From Anaeromyxobacteraceae bacterium (GTDB lineage: Bacteria; Myxococcota; Myxococcia; Myxococcales; Anaeromyxobacteraceae): a stretch of DNA of 64,000 bases. The notes under the pieces were generated by a model, which did no database searches, was not told the DNA's origin, and was given only the letters and a program-made list of their open reading frames with translations. Numbering within the stretch: the first letter of the stretch is position 1; each line of letters starts with the position of its first letter. A program made the position numbers and the translations under genes. This document shows, piece after piece, positions 11,504-21,209 of this stretch. The stretch spans positions 704,001 to 768,000 of the forward strand of contig JASGHJ010000002.1 of NCBI GenBank assembly GCA_047602405.1, in the 5' to 3' direction.

Positions 11504-12883
11504 AGCCGAAGCTCTCCGACCTCTTCGACGCCTTCCAGGGCGTCGTCCCGTCGATCATCGCGACCGCCGGCGCCGACGGCACGCCGAACGTCACCTACAA
11601 CTCGCAGGTCTACTTCGTCGACGAGAACCACGTCGCGCTCTCCTGCCAGTTCTTCAACAAGACCCACCGGAACGTGCGCGAGAACCCGGCCGCCACGGTC
11701 GAGGTCTACGAGCCGGTGACGCTGCAGGCGTGGCGCCTGAGGCTCCACTTCGACCACATGGAGACCGAGGGCCCGCTCTTCGACGCGATGGCGCTGCGCA
11801 TCCAGGTGATCGCCTCGCACACCGGCATGTCCGGCGTGTTCAAGCTCCGCTCGGCGGACGTCTACGAGGTGCTGTCGCTCGAGCCGGTGGAGGGGATGTT
11901 CCTGCCCATCGACCCCGGCGCGCCGGTGGCGCTCCCGCTCGGGCCGCTGACCGAGCTCCGGGGCCTCCAGCTCGTCTCGGATCGCATCAACCGCGCGACC
12001 GATCTCGAGGGGCTCCTCGCCGGGGCGCTCGAGTCGCTCGACGAGACCTTCGGCTTCTCGCACGCGATGGTGCTCGTGCCGGAGGAGGCCGACGCGGGCC
12101 ACCTCGTCGCGCTCGCCACCCGCGGCTACGGCGCGGCGGGCGTCGGCGCCGAGGTGCGGCTCGGGGAGGGGATCATCGGCCTCTGCGCCGAGCGCCGGAA
12201 GATCATCCGGCTCGGCGGGATGGGCGGCGAGCTCCGCTACGGCCGGGCGCTCCGGGCCCGCGCCGCCACCGAGGGCGGGAAGCTCGCGCCGGAGGTGCCG
12301 CTCCCCGGGCTCGACCGGCCGCAGGCGCAGCTCGCCATCCCGCTCCAGGTCGGCGGCAGGCTCCTCGGCGTGCTCGCGCTCGAGAGCGAGGATCCGCTCC
12401 GCTTCGACGACTGGGACGAGCCGTACCTCACGGTCGTCGCGAACCAGAATCGCGCTCGGCATGGACCGGATGATGGGCCAGGAGGAGGACCCGGGCCACC
12501 CGCCCGCGCCCGCCCGCCGCGGCGCGGGGAAGCTCACCCCGCCCCCCGCCGCGAAGACCCGGCGCTTCCGCTACTACCTGAACGACGACTGCGTCTTCGT
12601 GGACGGCGAGTACCTCGTCCGGAACGTCCCGGCGAAGATCCTCTGGAAGGTGCTCGGCGAGCACGCGCGCGACGGCCGGCTCGAGTTCACGAACCGCGAG
12701 CTGCGCCTCGATCCGTCGCTGGGGCTGCCGGCCCTGAAGGACAACCTCGAGTCCCGGCTGATCCTCCTGCGCAAGCGGCTCGAGGAGAAGTGCCCCGACG
12801 TGAAGCTCGTGCCCGTCCGCCGCGGCCGCTTCGCCCTCCAGCTCTGCGCCGCCGTGGAGCTGGAGGAGGCGGCGACCGGGTAG
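11500..12883 (+). CDS. PNPOx-like + GAF + winged-helix regulator; +1 frameshift near 12448
   Basis: [17 protein letters not shown] (PNPOx-like); GEGIIG...[19 protein letters not shown] (GAF). Removing one A in CAGAATC gives [12 protein letters not shown], joining ORF 12461..12883 ([18 protein letters not shown]...[12 protein letters not shown]). Confidence 0.75.
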
Positions 12884-12902
12884 TCGCCGCCTCCCGCTCA
12901 CG

Positions 12903-13466
12903 CTACTTCGCCGGCATCGCCGCCGGCGGGATCGGCTCCTGCACCGCGTTCTTCACCGCCGGGATCGACTGGAGGTAGGCGAAGATCGCCTTCAGGTCCT
13001 CGTCGGTGGCCTCGGCGTAGTTCGGCCAGGGCATCGGCGGGAGCAGCGGCCGCCCGTGTCCCATGCGCTTCCCGGTGCGGATCGTCTGGATGAAGTCCTT
13101 CTCGGTCCACCCGCCGGTGCCGGTCTCCTTGTCCGGGGTGAGGTTCCGGGCGAACGACACGCCCCACGGCCCCGCGACGGCGGTGTTGGTCGCGTACCAG
13201 GCCGACATCCACGGCATGCCGAGGGCCGGGGCCGCGTCCACCTTCGCCTCCGCCGGGTGGCCGGAGAGCTGGCGGGTCATGTCCGGCGCGGGGCCGTTCG
13301 GGCCCATCTTCCACGGCGTGTGGCAGTCGTTGCAGCCGCCGAGGGTGACGAGGTACTTGCCGCGCGCGACCTGCTTCGGGTCGGCCTTCGAGGGCGCGGC
13401 GGCGGCGACGCCGACGCAGGCGAGCACGGCGGCGAGGGTGAGGACGGGCTTCACGGAGCGGTTCAT
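12903..13466 (-). CDS. Periplasmic monoheme c-type cytochrome
   Basis: Signal peptide, RGKYLVTLGG-CNDCH-TP, NLTPDKETG, PPMPW (axial Met). Confidence 0.85.
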   Translation of the reverse strand: MNRSVKPVLTLAAVLACVGVAAAAPSKADPKQVARGKYLVTLGGCNDCHTPWKMGPNGPAPDMTRQLSGHPAEAKVDAAPALGMPWMSAWYATNTAVAGPWGVSFARNLTPDKETGTGGWTEKDFIQTIRTGKRMGHGRPLLPPMPWPNYAEATDEDLKAIFAYLQSIPAVKNAVQEPIPPAAMPAK

Positions 13467-13500
13467 TGGTTCTTCCTCTTGGGGTTGGAGCTGCAGGGGG

Positions 13501-14580
13501 TCAGGGGCGCTGCGCGACGCGCCGGCCGGGAGCGTCGAGCTCCTCGACGAACGCGCGGACGAGCTTCACGGCCTCGTCGTCCACGAGGTGGGTGCCCATC
13601 GGCGGCATCTGCGCCGACGGGTTCCGGGAGGAGATGCGGGCGACGAGCGCGCTGCGCTCCGGGTCGCCCGGCGCGATGCGGGGCACGGCCCCGCGGGCGC
13701 CGGCCGGCCGGTACCGGCTCGGCACGTTCACCGCGGTCGCGAGCGGGCCCGCGCCGGGGGTGGGCTCGACCCGCTGGGTGAGGTCGAGGCCGAGCGAGGC
13801 GAGGTCGCCGCGCGCGTCGTGGCAGCTCGCGCAGTTGCCGTGCAGGTAGCCGAGCGCGGCGCGCGCGGTGGGCGTCGGGGCCTCGACCCGCGGCGGGCGC
13901 CGGAGCAGCGCGGGCGGCAGGTCGACGAGGAGCCCCCGCCCGGCGAGCTCGGGCAGGTCCACGTCGCGCGGCGAGCCCGCCTCGCGGTGCGGCGCGTTCG
14001 GATCGCGGTCGGGCGAGAGCTGCAGGGCCGAGAAGCCGAGCACCGGGGTGGGCCCCGCGGTGTGGCAGGAGATGCAGTCGCCCATCGAGGGCAGGTCGTG
14101 GCTCACCGCGGGGGCGCCGGCGCGGGCGGGGCGGAGCTCCGCCGCGGCGAGGACGCCGCGGTTCGGGGCGAGCACGGCGTCCTTGCCGTCCTCCGTCCAG
14201 CGGTAGGTCGCGAAGATCCAGGAGCCGTCCTGCCGCCGCTCCATGTAGCGGGTCTCGACGGCGCGACCGAAGCTGAACTCCTTCCAGAGCTTCGTGCCCA
14301 CCGGGAAGACCCACGCGTCCGGCTCGGTGGCGTCGATGGCCTTGCCGGGCGGGAGCCGCACGAAGCGCCGCTTGGTCGCCCCGTCCGACCAGAGCGGGTA
14401 CTGGGGCGTCCAGGTGAGGACGTCGGCGGCGACGCGGCGCGCGGCGAAGTCGGCGTAGAGGCCGGTCTCCTCGAGGCGGGCGGGCGCCTGGCGCTGCCCG
14501 GGCTCCTCGGCGCGGGCGGCGGAGAGCGCCGCGGCGGCGAGGGCGGCCGCGCAGCCGGCGGCGAGGCGGCGGATCGTCAT
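13501..14580 (-). CDS. Diheme c-type cytochrome, SO2930-like
   Basis: Signal peptide, PLWSDGATKRRF, FPVGTKLWKEF, CISCH, CASCH, QMPPMG; ATGA overlap with the upstream gene. Confidence 0.8.
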   Translation of the reverse strand: MTIRRLAAGCAAALAAAALSAARAEEPGQRQAPARLEETGLYADFAARRVAADVLTWTPQYPLWSDGATKRRFVRLPPGKAIDATEPDAWVFPVGTKLWKEFSFGRAVETRYMERRQDGSWIFATYRWTEDGKDAVLAPNRGVLAAAELRPARAGAPAVSHDLPSMGDCISCHTAGPTPVLGFSALQLSPDRDPNAPHREAGSPRDVDLPELAGRGLLVDLPPALLRRPPRVEAPTPTARAALGYLHGNCASCHDARGDLASLGLDLTQRVEPTPGAGPLATAVNVPSRYRPAGARGAVPRIAPGDPERSALVARISSRNPSAQMPPMGTHLVDDEAVKLVRAFVEELDAPGRRVAQRP

Positions 14581-15152
14581 GGCGTCACCTCCCGCGTCGC
14601 GGCGAGGACGGCGGCGCGCTCCGGGGCGGAGAGGGCGGGGAGGAGGAGCTCGAGCCAGGCCTGGCCGCGCTCGGGCGGGGTGGCGGCGCGGATGCGCGCG
14701 AGGACGCTGCGGAGCTCGTCGTCGGTGCGGTGGGCCCACAGCGCGCGGTTGGCGTCGGCCTCCTCGCTCGCCATGTGCCGGAGCTGCTCGGCGGTGAGCG
14801 CCAGCAGGCGGTCGTGCAGGCGGGCGCCGGCGGCGACCCGCGCGGCGCCGTCCGCGAGGCGCAGCCGCGCCACCCAGCCCCGCACCTCCTGCTGGACGCT
14901 CGACACGCGGCCGTGGTCGGCGGCGACGGCGGCGTGGAGCTCCGGGGCGATGGCGGCGAGCTCGGGCATGATCTGCCGCTCCTCGTGCTCCGCGTGCTCG
15001 TCCAGCCAGCCGAGGAGCGCGTCGGCCGACGCGGCGAGGCGCGCGGCCTCGCCGGCGTCGGCGAAGTCGGTGCGCGCCGCGAGCGCGGCGGTCTCGAAGA
15101 GCAGGGCCCGGAGCGCCTTGTGCGCCAGCCCGTAGACGTCGACCCGGTTCAT
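14577..15152 (-). CDS. Hemerythrin/HHE cation-binding domain protein
   Basis: H-KALR...HAEHEE...DH...HMASEE di-iron ligand pattern; ATG at 15152 with GGAGG RBS. Confidence 0.8.
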   Translation of the reverse strand: MNRVDVYGLAHKALRALLFETAALAARTDFADAGEAARLAASADALLGWLDEHAEHEERQIMPELAAIAPELHAAVAADHGRVSSVQQEVRGWVARLRLADGAARVAAGARLHDRLLALTAEQLRHMASEEADANRALWAHRTDDELRSVLARIRAATPPERGQAWLELLLPALSAPERAAVLAATREVTP

Positions 15153-15207
15153 GCGCGCCTCCGTACGTCGTGCATGACGGGATGATTTCAACTTCCGCGA
15201 GGCGCCG

Positions 15208-15270
15208 TTCCTAAGTGTTCGCTGGGTGGATCGTGAGAGTTCGCTCACGACTTCCTAAGCACTCCCTAAG
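15208..15270. promoter_or_regulatory. Putative operator array: CCTAAG x3 plus inverted repeat TCGTGAG-N6-CTCACGA
   Basis: CCTAAG at 15210, 15254 and 15265 (spacings 44 and 11 bp); palindrome at 15231-15250; lies in a divergent promoter region. Confidence 0.5.
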
Positions 15271-15342
15271 GCCTTCCCGCGCGGGGCGTGGAGGGCGTCC
15301 CCGGCCGCTGGTAGCCTCGACCGGACTCCCCCGGAGGTGCCC

Positions 15343-15783
15343 GTGACGCCGCTCCGAGCCGCCCTCGCCCTGACCGCCCTCGCGCTCGCCACCGCGGCGG
15401 CGCCCGCCCGCGCGGGCACCGCGATCGGCCTGGGCGCCGACTGGTGGACCAATCCCTCGGTCGGCGCGCTCGAGCTGACGCTCGCGGCGGACCGGCCGGT
15501 CGCGCGCGGCCTCGCGATCGGGGGCCGGATCGGCGCGCTGCTCGCCACCGACGGCGTCGGGCCGGGCGTGCCGATCGATCTCAGGCTCCGCCTGCGCGGC
15601 GAGCGGCTCTACGTGGACGGCCTGGTCGGCCCGTGGGTCTTCTTCGACGACGGCGACGCCGTCCGGATGCACGCGGCGATCGGGTTCGGGCTCCTGCAGC
15701 GAGGCGGGCTCTCGGTCGGCCTCGAGGTCGGCTGGGTGAACCCGACGGCGACCGTCGGCATCCGCCTGGCCTGGGCCATCTAA
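15343..15783 (+). CDS. Secreted protein, probable small outer-membrane beta-barrel
   Basis: Signal peptide ending ARA, alternating amphipathic strands, C-terminal VGIRLAWAI; GGAGG RBS. Confidence 0.6.
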   Translation: MTPLRAALALTALALATAAAPARAGTAIGLGADWWTNPSVGALELTLAADRPVARGLAIGGRIGALLATDGVGPGVPIDLRLRLRGERLYVDGLVGPWVFFDDGDAVRMHAAIGFGLLQRGGLSVGLEVGWVNPTATVGIRLAWAI

Positions 15784-16950
15784 CCCTGCTTCCGGAGCCT
15801 CTTCAGCGCCGCCCGCGCGAGGTCGCCGTCGCCGCACCGGCCCGCCGGCCACAGCGCGCGGCCGAGCCGCGCGAGCGCGTCGTGCGGCACCTCGGGCTCG
15901 TCGGCGGCGAGCGCCTCGAGCGGCCCCTGGGCCTCGGGCGAGCCCGAGGCGGCGAGCGCCTTCGCGGCGAGGCGGCGCCGCTCGCAGGCGGGGGAGTGCG
16001 CCTGCCGGGTGAGCCACTCGAGCGCGGTGGGGCTCCCGTCGGCGAGCGCGCGCGACCAGGCCTCGAACGAGGCGACGAGCTCGTGGCCGCCGGTCGGCAC
16101 CCGGGCGGCCTCGAGCTTGCGCTCCGCGGCGCGCACGTCGGCGTCCTCGAGCCCGCGGTCCACCGCCAGCGCGCCGAGGAGCAGCTCGGCCTCCTCGAGC
16201 TTCCCGTCCTGCACGAGCTCGTCGAAGCTCGGGCGGACGTGCTGCCAGACGAGGAGCGCGGTCGCGAGGCCGAGCAGCACGAGGAGCGCCGCGAGCGGCC
16301 AGCGCGGGCGGGTCTCGCGGACCGGCCCGGCGGCGATCCGGCGCGCGAGCTCCTCCGGATCCGGCGGGGCGAGCCCGTTCACGAGCGCGAGCCCCTGGTT
16401 CGCGTAGGGCGGGTCGTCGGGCCGGTCGCGGCGCGCGACGCGGAAGAGCCGCACCGCCTCCGGGAACCCCTTGAGCGAGCGCGAGCCCAGGTCCTCGAGC
16501 TCGACGCGCGAGCGATCCATGACCCACCAGACCGACTCGGAGAGCCAGACCTCGCCCGACTCCGCCTCGCCCTCGATGCGCGAGGCGAGGTTCACCGCCT
16601 CGCCGAAGACGTCGTCCACGCCGGCGGTCCGGACGAGGCGCACCTCGCCGAGCGCGACCGCCACCCGCACCTCGATGCGCTGGCTCTCCGGCACGCGGCG
16701 GGCGTACTCCCAGAGCCGGTCCTGGATCGCCGTGCCGCAGAGGATCGCCTCGGTCGGCGCCTCGAAGAGCACGAGGTAGGAGTCGCCGATGCCTCTTCAC
16801 CCGGCGCCCGCGGAACGCCCGGATCACCGGGGAGAGCAGGGCGTCGTGGAGGGCCAGCATGCGCGCGGTCTCCTCGCGCGTCTGGCGGCTCGTCGCCGCC
16901 GTGAAGCCCTTCATGTCCGTGAGCAGGACGACCCGGTTCTCCGAGAGCAT
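15780..16950 (-). CDS. Membrane-anchored class III adenylate/guanylate cyclase; +1 frameshift near 16792
   Basis: LLTDMKGFT, VK-x-IGDSYLVLF after correction, DVFGEAVNLASRIE, LKGFPE; one TM helix, then a helical C-terminal domain. Confidence 0.8.
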
Positions 16951-16960
16951 GGCGAGCGCC

Positions 16961-18856
16961 TCAGGAGAGCGGCCGGATGAGCGCGGCGCGGTGGACGGGG
17001 ACCCGGGCCCGGGCCGCCTCGCGCGCGCGGCCGACGCCGAAGAGGCCGCGCTCGAGCCAGAGCGGCGGGGTGCGGTGGCTCCAGCCGAAGAAGCGCACCG
17101 CGAGGAGGAGGCCCTGCGTGCCGAGCAGGGCGAGGTCCACGAGGCGGAGGGCGCCGATCGCGAGGGCCGCCCAGGCCACCCGGAAGGTCGCGCGCACGCG
17201 CCCCTCGGCGGCGGCGTCGCCGATGGAGGAGAGCCCGTCGGCGAGCGGGGCGATCGCCCGGGTCACCCGCTCCGACGCCTCCACCCGCTCCGCCTCGCGG
17301 CCGCCGTACGGCCACGGGCCGGCCTGCCGCTCGACGCGGTAGAGGGGCAGCGCCTCCTGGCCCTGCCCGAGCTCGAGCGGCGGCAGGGCCTCGAGGTGGA
17401 CCTCGCCGCGGCTCATCGAGAGGTACACGCTGCGCGTGACCCGGATCTCGCCGGGCTCGGTGAGCCGCCGCACCGCGCCGCCCACCGCGAGCGGCTCGCC
17501 CACGAGGTCGCCCTTCTCCTCGCGCGTCTCGCCCAGGTGCACGGCGACCTTGAGGGCCAGGCGGTCGCCGCCGCCGGCCACGTTCCGCGCGGCGAGGCGG
17601 TCCTGGATCGCCATCGCGCAGAGCACGGCGTTCGTCGGCGAGGGGAACGCCGCGACGAGGGTCTCGTCCTTCGACTTGATCCGGCGCCCGTGGTAGGCGC
17701 GGATGGCCGGGAGGACGAGGTGGTCGTGCTCGGTGAGGAGCCCGGCGACCTCCTCCCTGCCGCGGGTCCTCGAGAGCGTCCCCCAGTCGGCGATCTCGGT
17801 GAGGAGCAGGGTCAGGTTGAGGGCGCGCGGCGCGCTCGAGGAGACCGGGCGGAGCAGGCCGGAGATCGAGGTCTCCCGCGAGGGCGTGCGCTGGAGCGGG
17901 ATCACCGGTCCGCTCTGGGGCTTGCGGCCCGCGCCGCCGGGGCGGCCCTCGAGCACCTCGAGCAGCTCCGCGGCGCTCTGGGCCCGCAGGTTGCGGTCCT
18001 TCTCGCAGGCGCGGTTCACGAAGCGCAGGAGGGCCGGGTGCGCGACGAGCTCGGGCAGCTCGCGGACGGGCGAGGGCACCGGGTCGAACGCGTGCGCGCG
18101 CAGGAGCCCGCGGGCGTCGTTCGTGGGGAAGGGGTGGCGGCCGGTGAGCATCAGGTACGCGATGATGCCGGCGCTGTAGAGGTCCGCCCGGTGGTCGACG
18201 TCGCCGCCCACCGCCTGCTCGGGCGAGAGGTACTGCGGCGTGCCCATCACGAGGCCGGCCTGGGTCCGCTCGGTGCCGCCCATCGGGCCCGAGACCTTCG
18301 CGATGCCGAAGTCGAGGATCTTGAGCCGGAGGCGCCCGTCGTCCGGCACGAGCCACAGGTTCTCCGGCTTGAGATCCCGGTGGACGATGCCGGCCCGGTG
18401 GGCGGCGTCGAGGCCGCGCATGAGCTGGCGCAGGAGCCGCCCCACCTCCTCCGGGACCATCCGGCCCTCGCGGCGCACCCGCTCCTTGAGCGACTCGCCC
18501 TCGAGGAGCTCCATCACGAGGTAGAGCGCGCCGCTCTTCGTCGTCTGGCCGAAGTCGAGGACGTCCACGACGTAGGGCGACTTCAGGCGCACCGCGATCT
18601 GCGCCTCGCGGCGGAAGCGCTCGGTCTCGAGCGGGCTGTGCGAGATCTCCGGGTGCAGGAGCTTCACGGCCACGGCCTTGTGGATGCGCAGGTGGTCCGC
18701 GCGCCACACCGTGCCCATCCCGCCCTCGCCGAGGAGCACGTCGAGCCGGTAGCGGCCCTCGAGCACGTCGCCGGCCCCGAACTTCCCCGGGACGGGCTCG
18801 CCGTCCGGGTCGGTCGTGGGGTCCTCGTCGGCGATGTGGAGGGTCTTGTCGGTCAT
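16961..18856 (-). CDS. Ser/Thr protein kinase fused to a degenerate class III cyclase domain
   Basis: LGEGGMGTVW, VAVK, HRDLKPEN, DFGIAK, GTPQYLSPEQ; the C-terminal cyclase-like domain reads LTEIADW...IKSKDE...DLVGEPLAVGGAV. Confidence 0.85.
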   Translation of the reverse strand: MTDKTLHIADEDPTTDPDGEPVPGKFGAGDVLEGRYRLDVLLGEGGMGTVWRADHLRIHKAVAVKLLHPEISHSPLETERFRREAQIAVRLKSPYVVDVLDFGQTTKSGALYLVMELLEGESLKERVRREGRMVPEEVGRLLRQLMRGLDAAHRAGIVHRDLKPENLWLVPDDGRLRLKILDFGIAKVSGPMGGTERTQAGLVMGTPQYLSPEQAVGGDVDHRADLYSAGIIAYLMLTGRHPFPTNDARGLLRAHAFDPVPSPVRELPELVAHPALLRFVNRACEKDRNLRAQSAAELLEVLEGRPGGAGRKPQSGPVIPLQRTPSRETSISGLLRPVSSSAPRALNLTLLLTEIADWGTLSRTRGREEVAGLLTEHDHLVLPAIRAYHGRRIKSKDETLVAAFPSPTNAVLCAMAIQDRLAARNVAGGGDRLALKVAVHLGETREEKGDLVGEPLAVGGAVRRLTEPGEIRVTRSVYLSMSRGEVHLEALPPLELGQGQEALPLYRVERQAGPWPYGGREAERVEASERVTRAIAPLADGLSSIGDAAAEGRVRATFRVAWAALAIGALRLVDLALLGTQGLLLAVRFFGWSHRTPPLWLERGLFGVGRAREAARARVPVHRAALIRPLS

Positions 18857-18932
18857 CCGCCGCCCGCCCGGCGCACGCCGGACGGGGATGGCTCACAACG
18901 TACCGGAAAGCCCGGGCTCGGGGCTAGTTCGG

Positions 18933-21105
18933 CTACGGAGCAGGCGGAGGCGGCGGCGGTGGCGTCGCGCAGACACCGGACTGACAGACCTTGGCCGGGT
19001 CGCCGATGTCGCAGGCCAGCCCCTCGTTCGTGCCCACGGCTCCGTCGACGCACGCGGGCGCGGTGCCCGCGCAGGAGAATCACGCCCGCGAGGCAGAAGC
19101 TCGGGTTGCCCGTGCAGGGGGTCCCCTCGTTGCAGACGCACGTGCCGGAGCCGTTGCAGGTCGACCCGAGGCCGCAGCTCGTGTCGGCGGCCTTGGGCGC
19201 TCCGTCGACGCAGATGGGCGTGCCGCTTCCGCACTCCCACGCCGCGTCGAGGCAGAGGTTCGGGCTCGTGCAGGCGTCACCCTGCGCGCAGGCGATGCAG
19301 GTGCCGGCGCCGTCGCAGACGTGGCCCGAGCCGCAGGCCGTGCCGCCGGCGCGAGGGGTCGCCGTGTCGGTGCAGACCGGCGCGCCGGAGCCGCACTGCA
19401 CGAACGACTGGAGGCACGCGCTCGGCGCGGGGTTCGTGCAGCCCTCGCCCTGGACGCACGCCACGCAGACGCCCGCCGGAGGGCTGCACACCGACACGCC
19501 GTCGGCGCAGGTCGTGCCGACCTTCACGGTGTCGTCGCGGCAGGTCTGGACGCCGGTCGCGCAGGAGGTCTTGCCGGTGTGGCAAGCCGGGTCGGGGTTG
19601 GTCTGGCAGTCGAGGCCGGCCGCGCACGCCACGCAGGTGCCCGCGGGGCCGCAGACCTGATCGGTGCCGCAGGTCGTCCCGAGCTTCACCGCGCCGTCGA
19701 CGCAGGCCTGGAGGCCGGTCGAGCACGAGGTCACGCCGTCGTGGCAGACCGGGTCCGGGTTGGTCGCGCAGGAGGCGCCGGCGGTGCAGGCGGTGCACGT
19801 GCCCGCGGGGCTGCACACGAGGCCGCCGCCGCACGCCGTGCCCGCGACGAAGGCCGCCCCGTCGACGCAGGCCTGGGCGCCGGTCGCGCAGCTCGTCACG
19901 CCCGCGTGGCAGAGGTTTTCGGGGTTGCTGCCGGTGCAGTCGAGCCCCGCCGTGCAGGCCACGCAGGCGCCGCTGCCGTTGCACACCTGGTTCGTGCCGC
20001 ACGCCTTCCCGGCGGCGCTCGGCGTCGCCGTGTCGGCGCAGACCGGTCTGCCGGTCGCGCAGGAGACGGCGCCCGCCACGCACAGGTTTCCGTTCGTCTG
20101 GCAGGCGACCCCCGGCGTGCACGAGACGAGGTCGAGGTGCATCGAGACCGCGCCCTGCGCGCCGCAGTCGACCTGGTAGGTGCCGAGCACCTGGTCCGCG
20201 GTGATCGTGGGCGTCCCCACCCAGCCGCGCGTGCAGCCGATCCCCGAGACGCCGACGGTGTCGATCGCGAAGGAGGTGGTCGTGCTCGCCACGCTCCCGC
20301 CGGTGCAGGCGAGCTGCCAGAGGCCCGACAGGCCGAGCTCGAGCTTCGTCGGCGACGCCGCGAGCGTCGCGACGTTCGTCTTGAGCGTCCACGTCGGCGC
20401 GATCGCGTTGCAGCTGCCGCCCGCGTACGCGACCGGCTCGGTGAGGAGCAGCGAGCCGCCCCCGAGGTAGTAGGAGAGGGCCGCGTCGCCGCCGGCGTAG
20501 GAGAGCGTCAGGGCGCCGGTCGCGGTGACCGGGATGTCCATCGTGGAGACCACCGTCACGAAGCCGTTGAGGTCGCGCGAGGTCGTCGCGGTCTGCAGCG
20601 CCCAGTCGCTGAAGTGGTCGACCGGCGTCGAGAGGGCGGGCGGGGCGGGGACGCGGGTTGCCCCCGCGGTCCGCAGCCAGTACGCCGCCCCCGTGCCGTC
20701 GCCCTGCGTGGCGATCGCGAGGTCGTTCACCGAGGTGGTGACGGAGGCCGGGACCGCGAAGGTGAGCGTGACCGGCGCCGCGAGCTCGAGCCCGGCCGGC
20801 GCGAGGCGGTAGGCGTTGCCGATGCCGCCCGGGGCGGTGTTGGTGATCTCGGTGATCGTGAAGTCCGTGTCGGCGGCGACGGCGCCGGCGGGGACTTCGA
20901 CCGTGAGCACGCCATCGGGGGAGGTGACCGAACCGCCCGCGGCGCCGATGACGAGGCTCGCGGCCCGCCCGGTGGGGACGCCGCGGGGCGAGGGCTGCGG
21001 TCCGCCGGCGGACGTGGCCTTGCCTCCGCCGCAAGCCGACAGCGTCATCCCCACGACGAGGGAAAGCGCTGCCGCGCAGCGCACCGACGGGCGATACCGG
21101 GTCAT
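18933..21105 (-). CDS. Cys-rich repeat lipoprotein with an N-terminal ZU5-like domain; +1 frameshift near 19078
   Basis: Lipobox LSAC; IGAAGGSVTSPDGVLTVEVPAGA...PVTLTF...DHFS; ~50-aa Cys-rich repeats. Correcting the frame restores ISCAGTAPACVDG...[17 protein letters not shown]. Confidence 0.75.
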
Positions 21106-21209
21106 GAGGACCCGAGGCTAGCACGGGTCACACCTGGGGTGTTCGCAGGTGCCGGCGACGGGTGTGGCGCGTTGTCGCATGCCCGACGACGCGGCGCGCG
21201 GTGGCTGGC

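Noticed and set aside
19080..20130. Nucleotide repeats that might be a CRISPR array
   Set aside because: They are degenerate codon-level repeats of Cys-rich protein units with no constant repeat-spacer structure and no cas genes.
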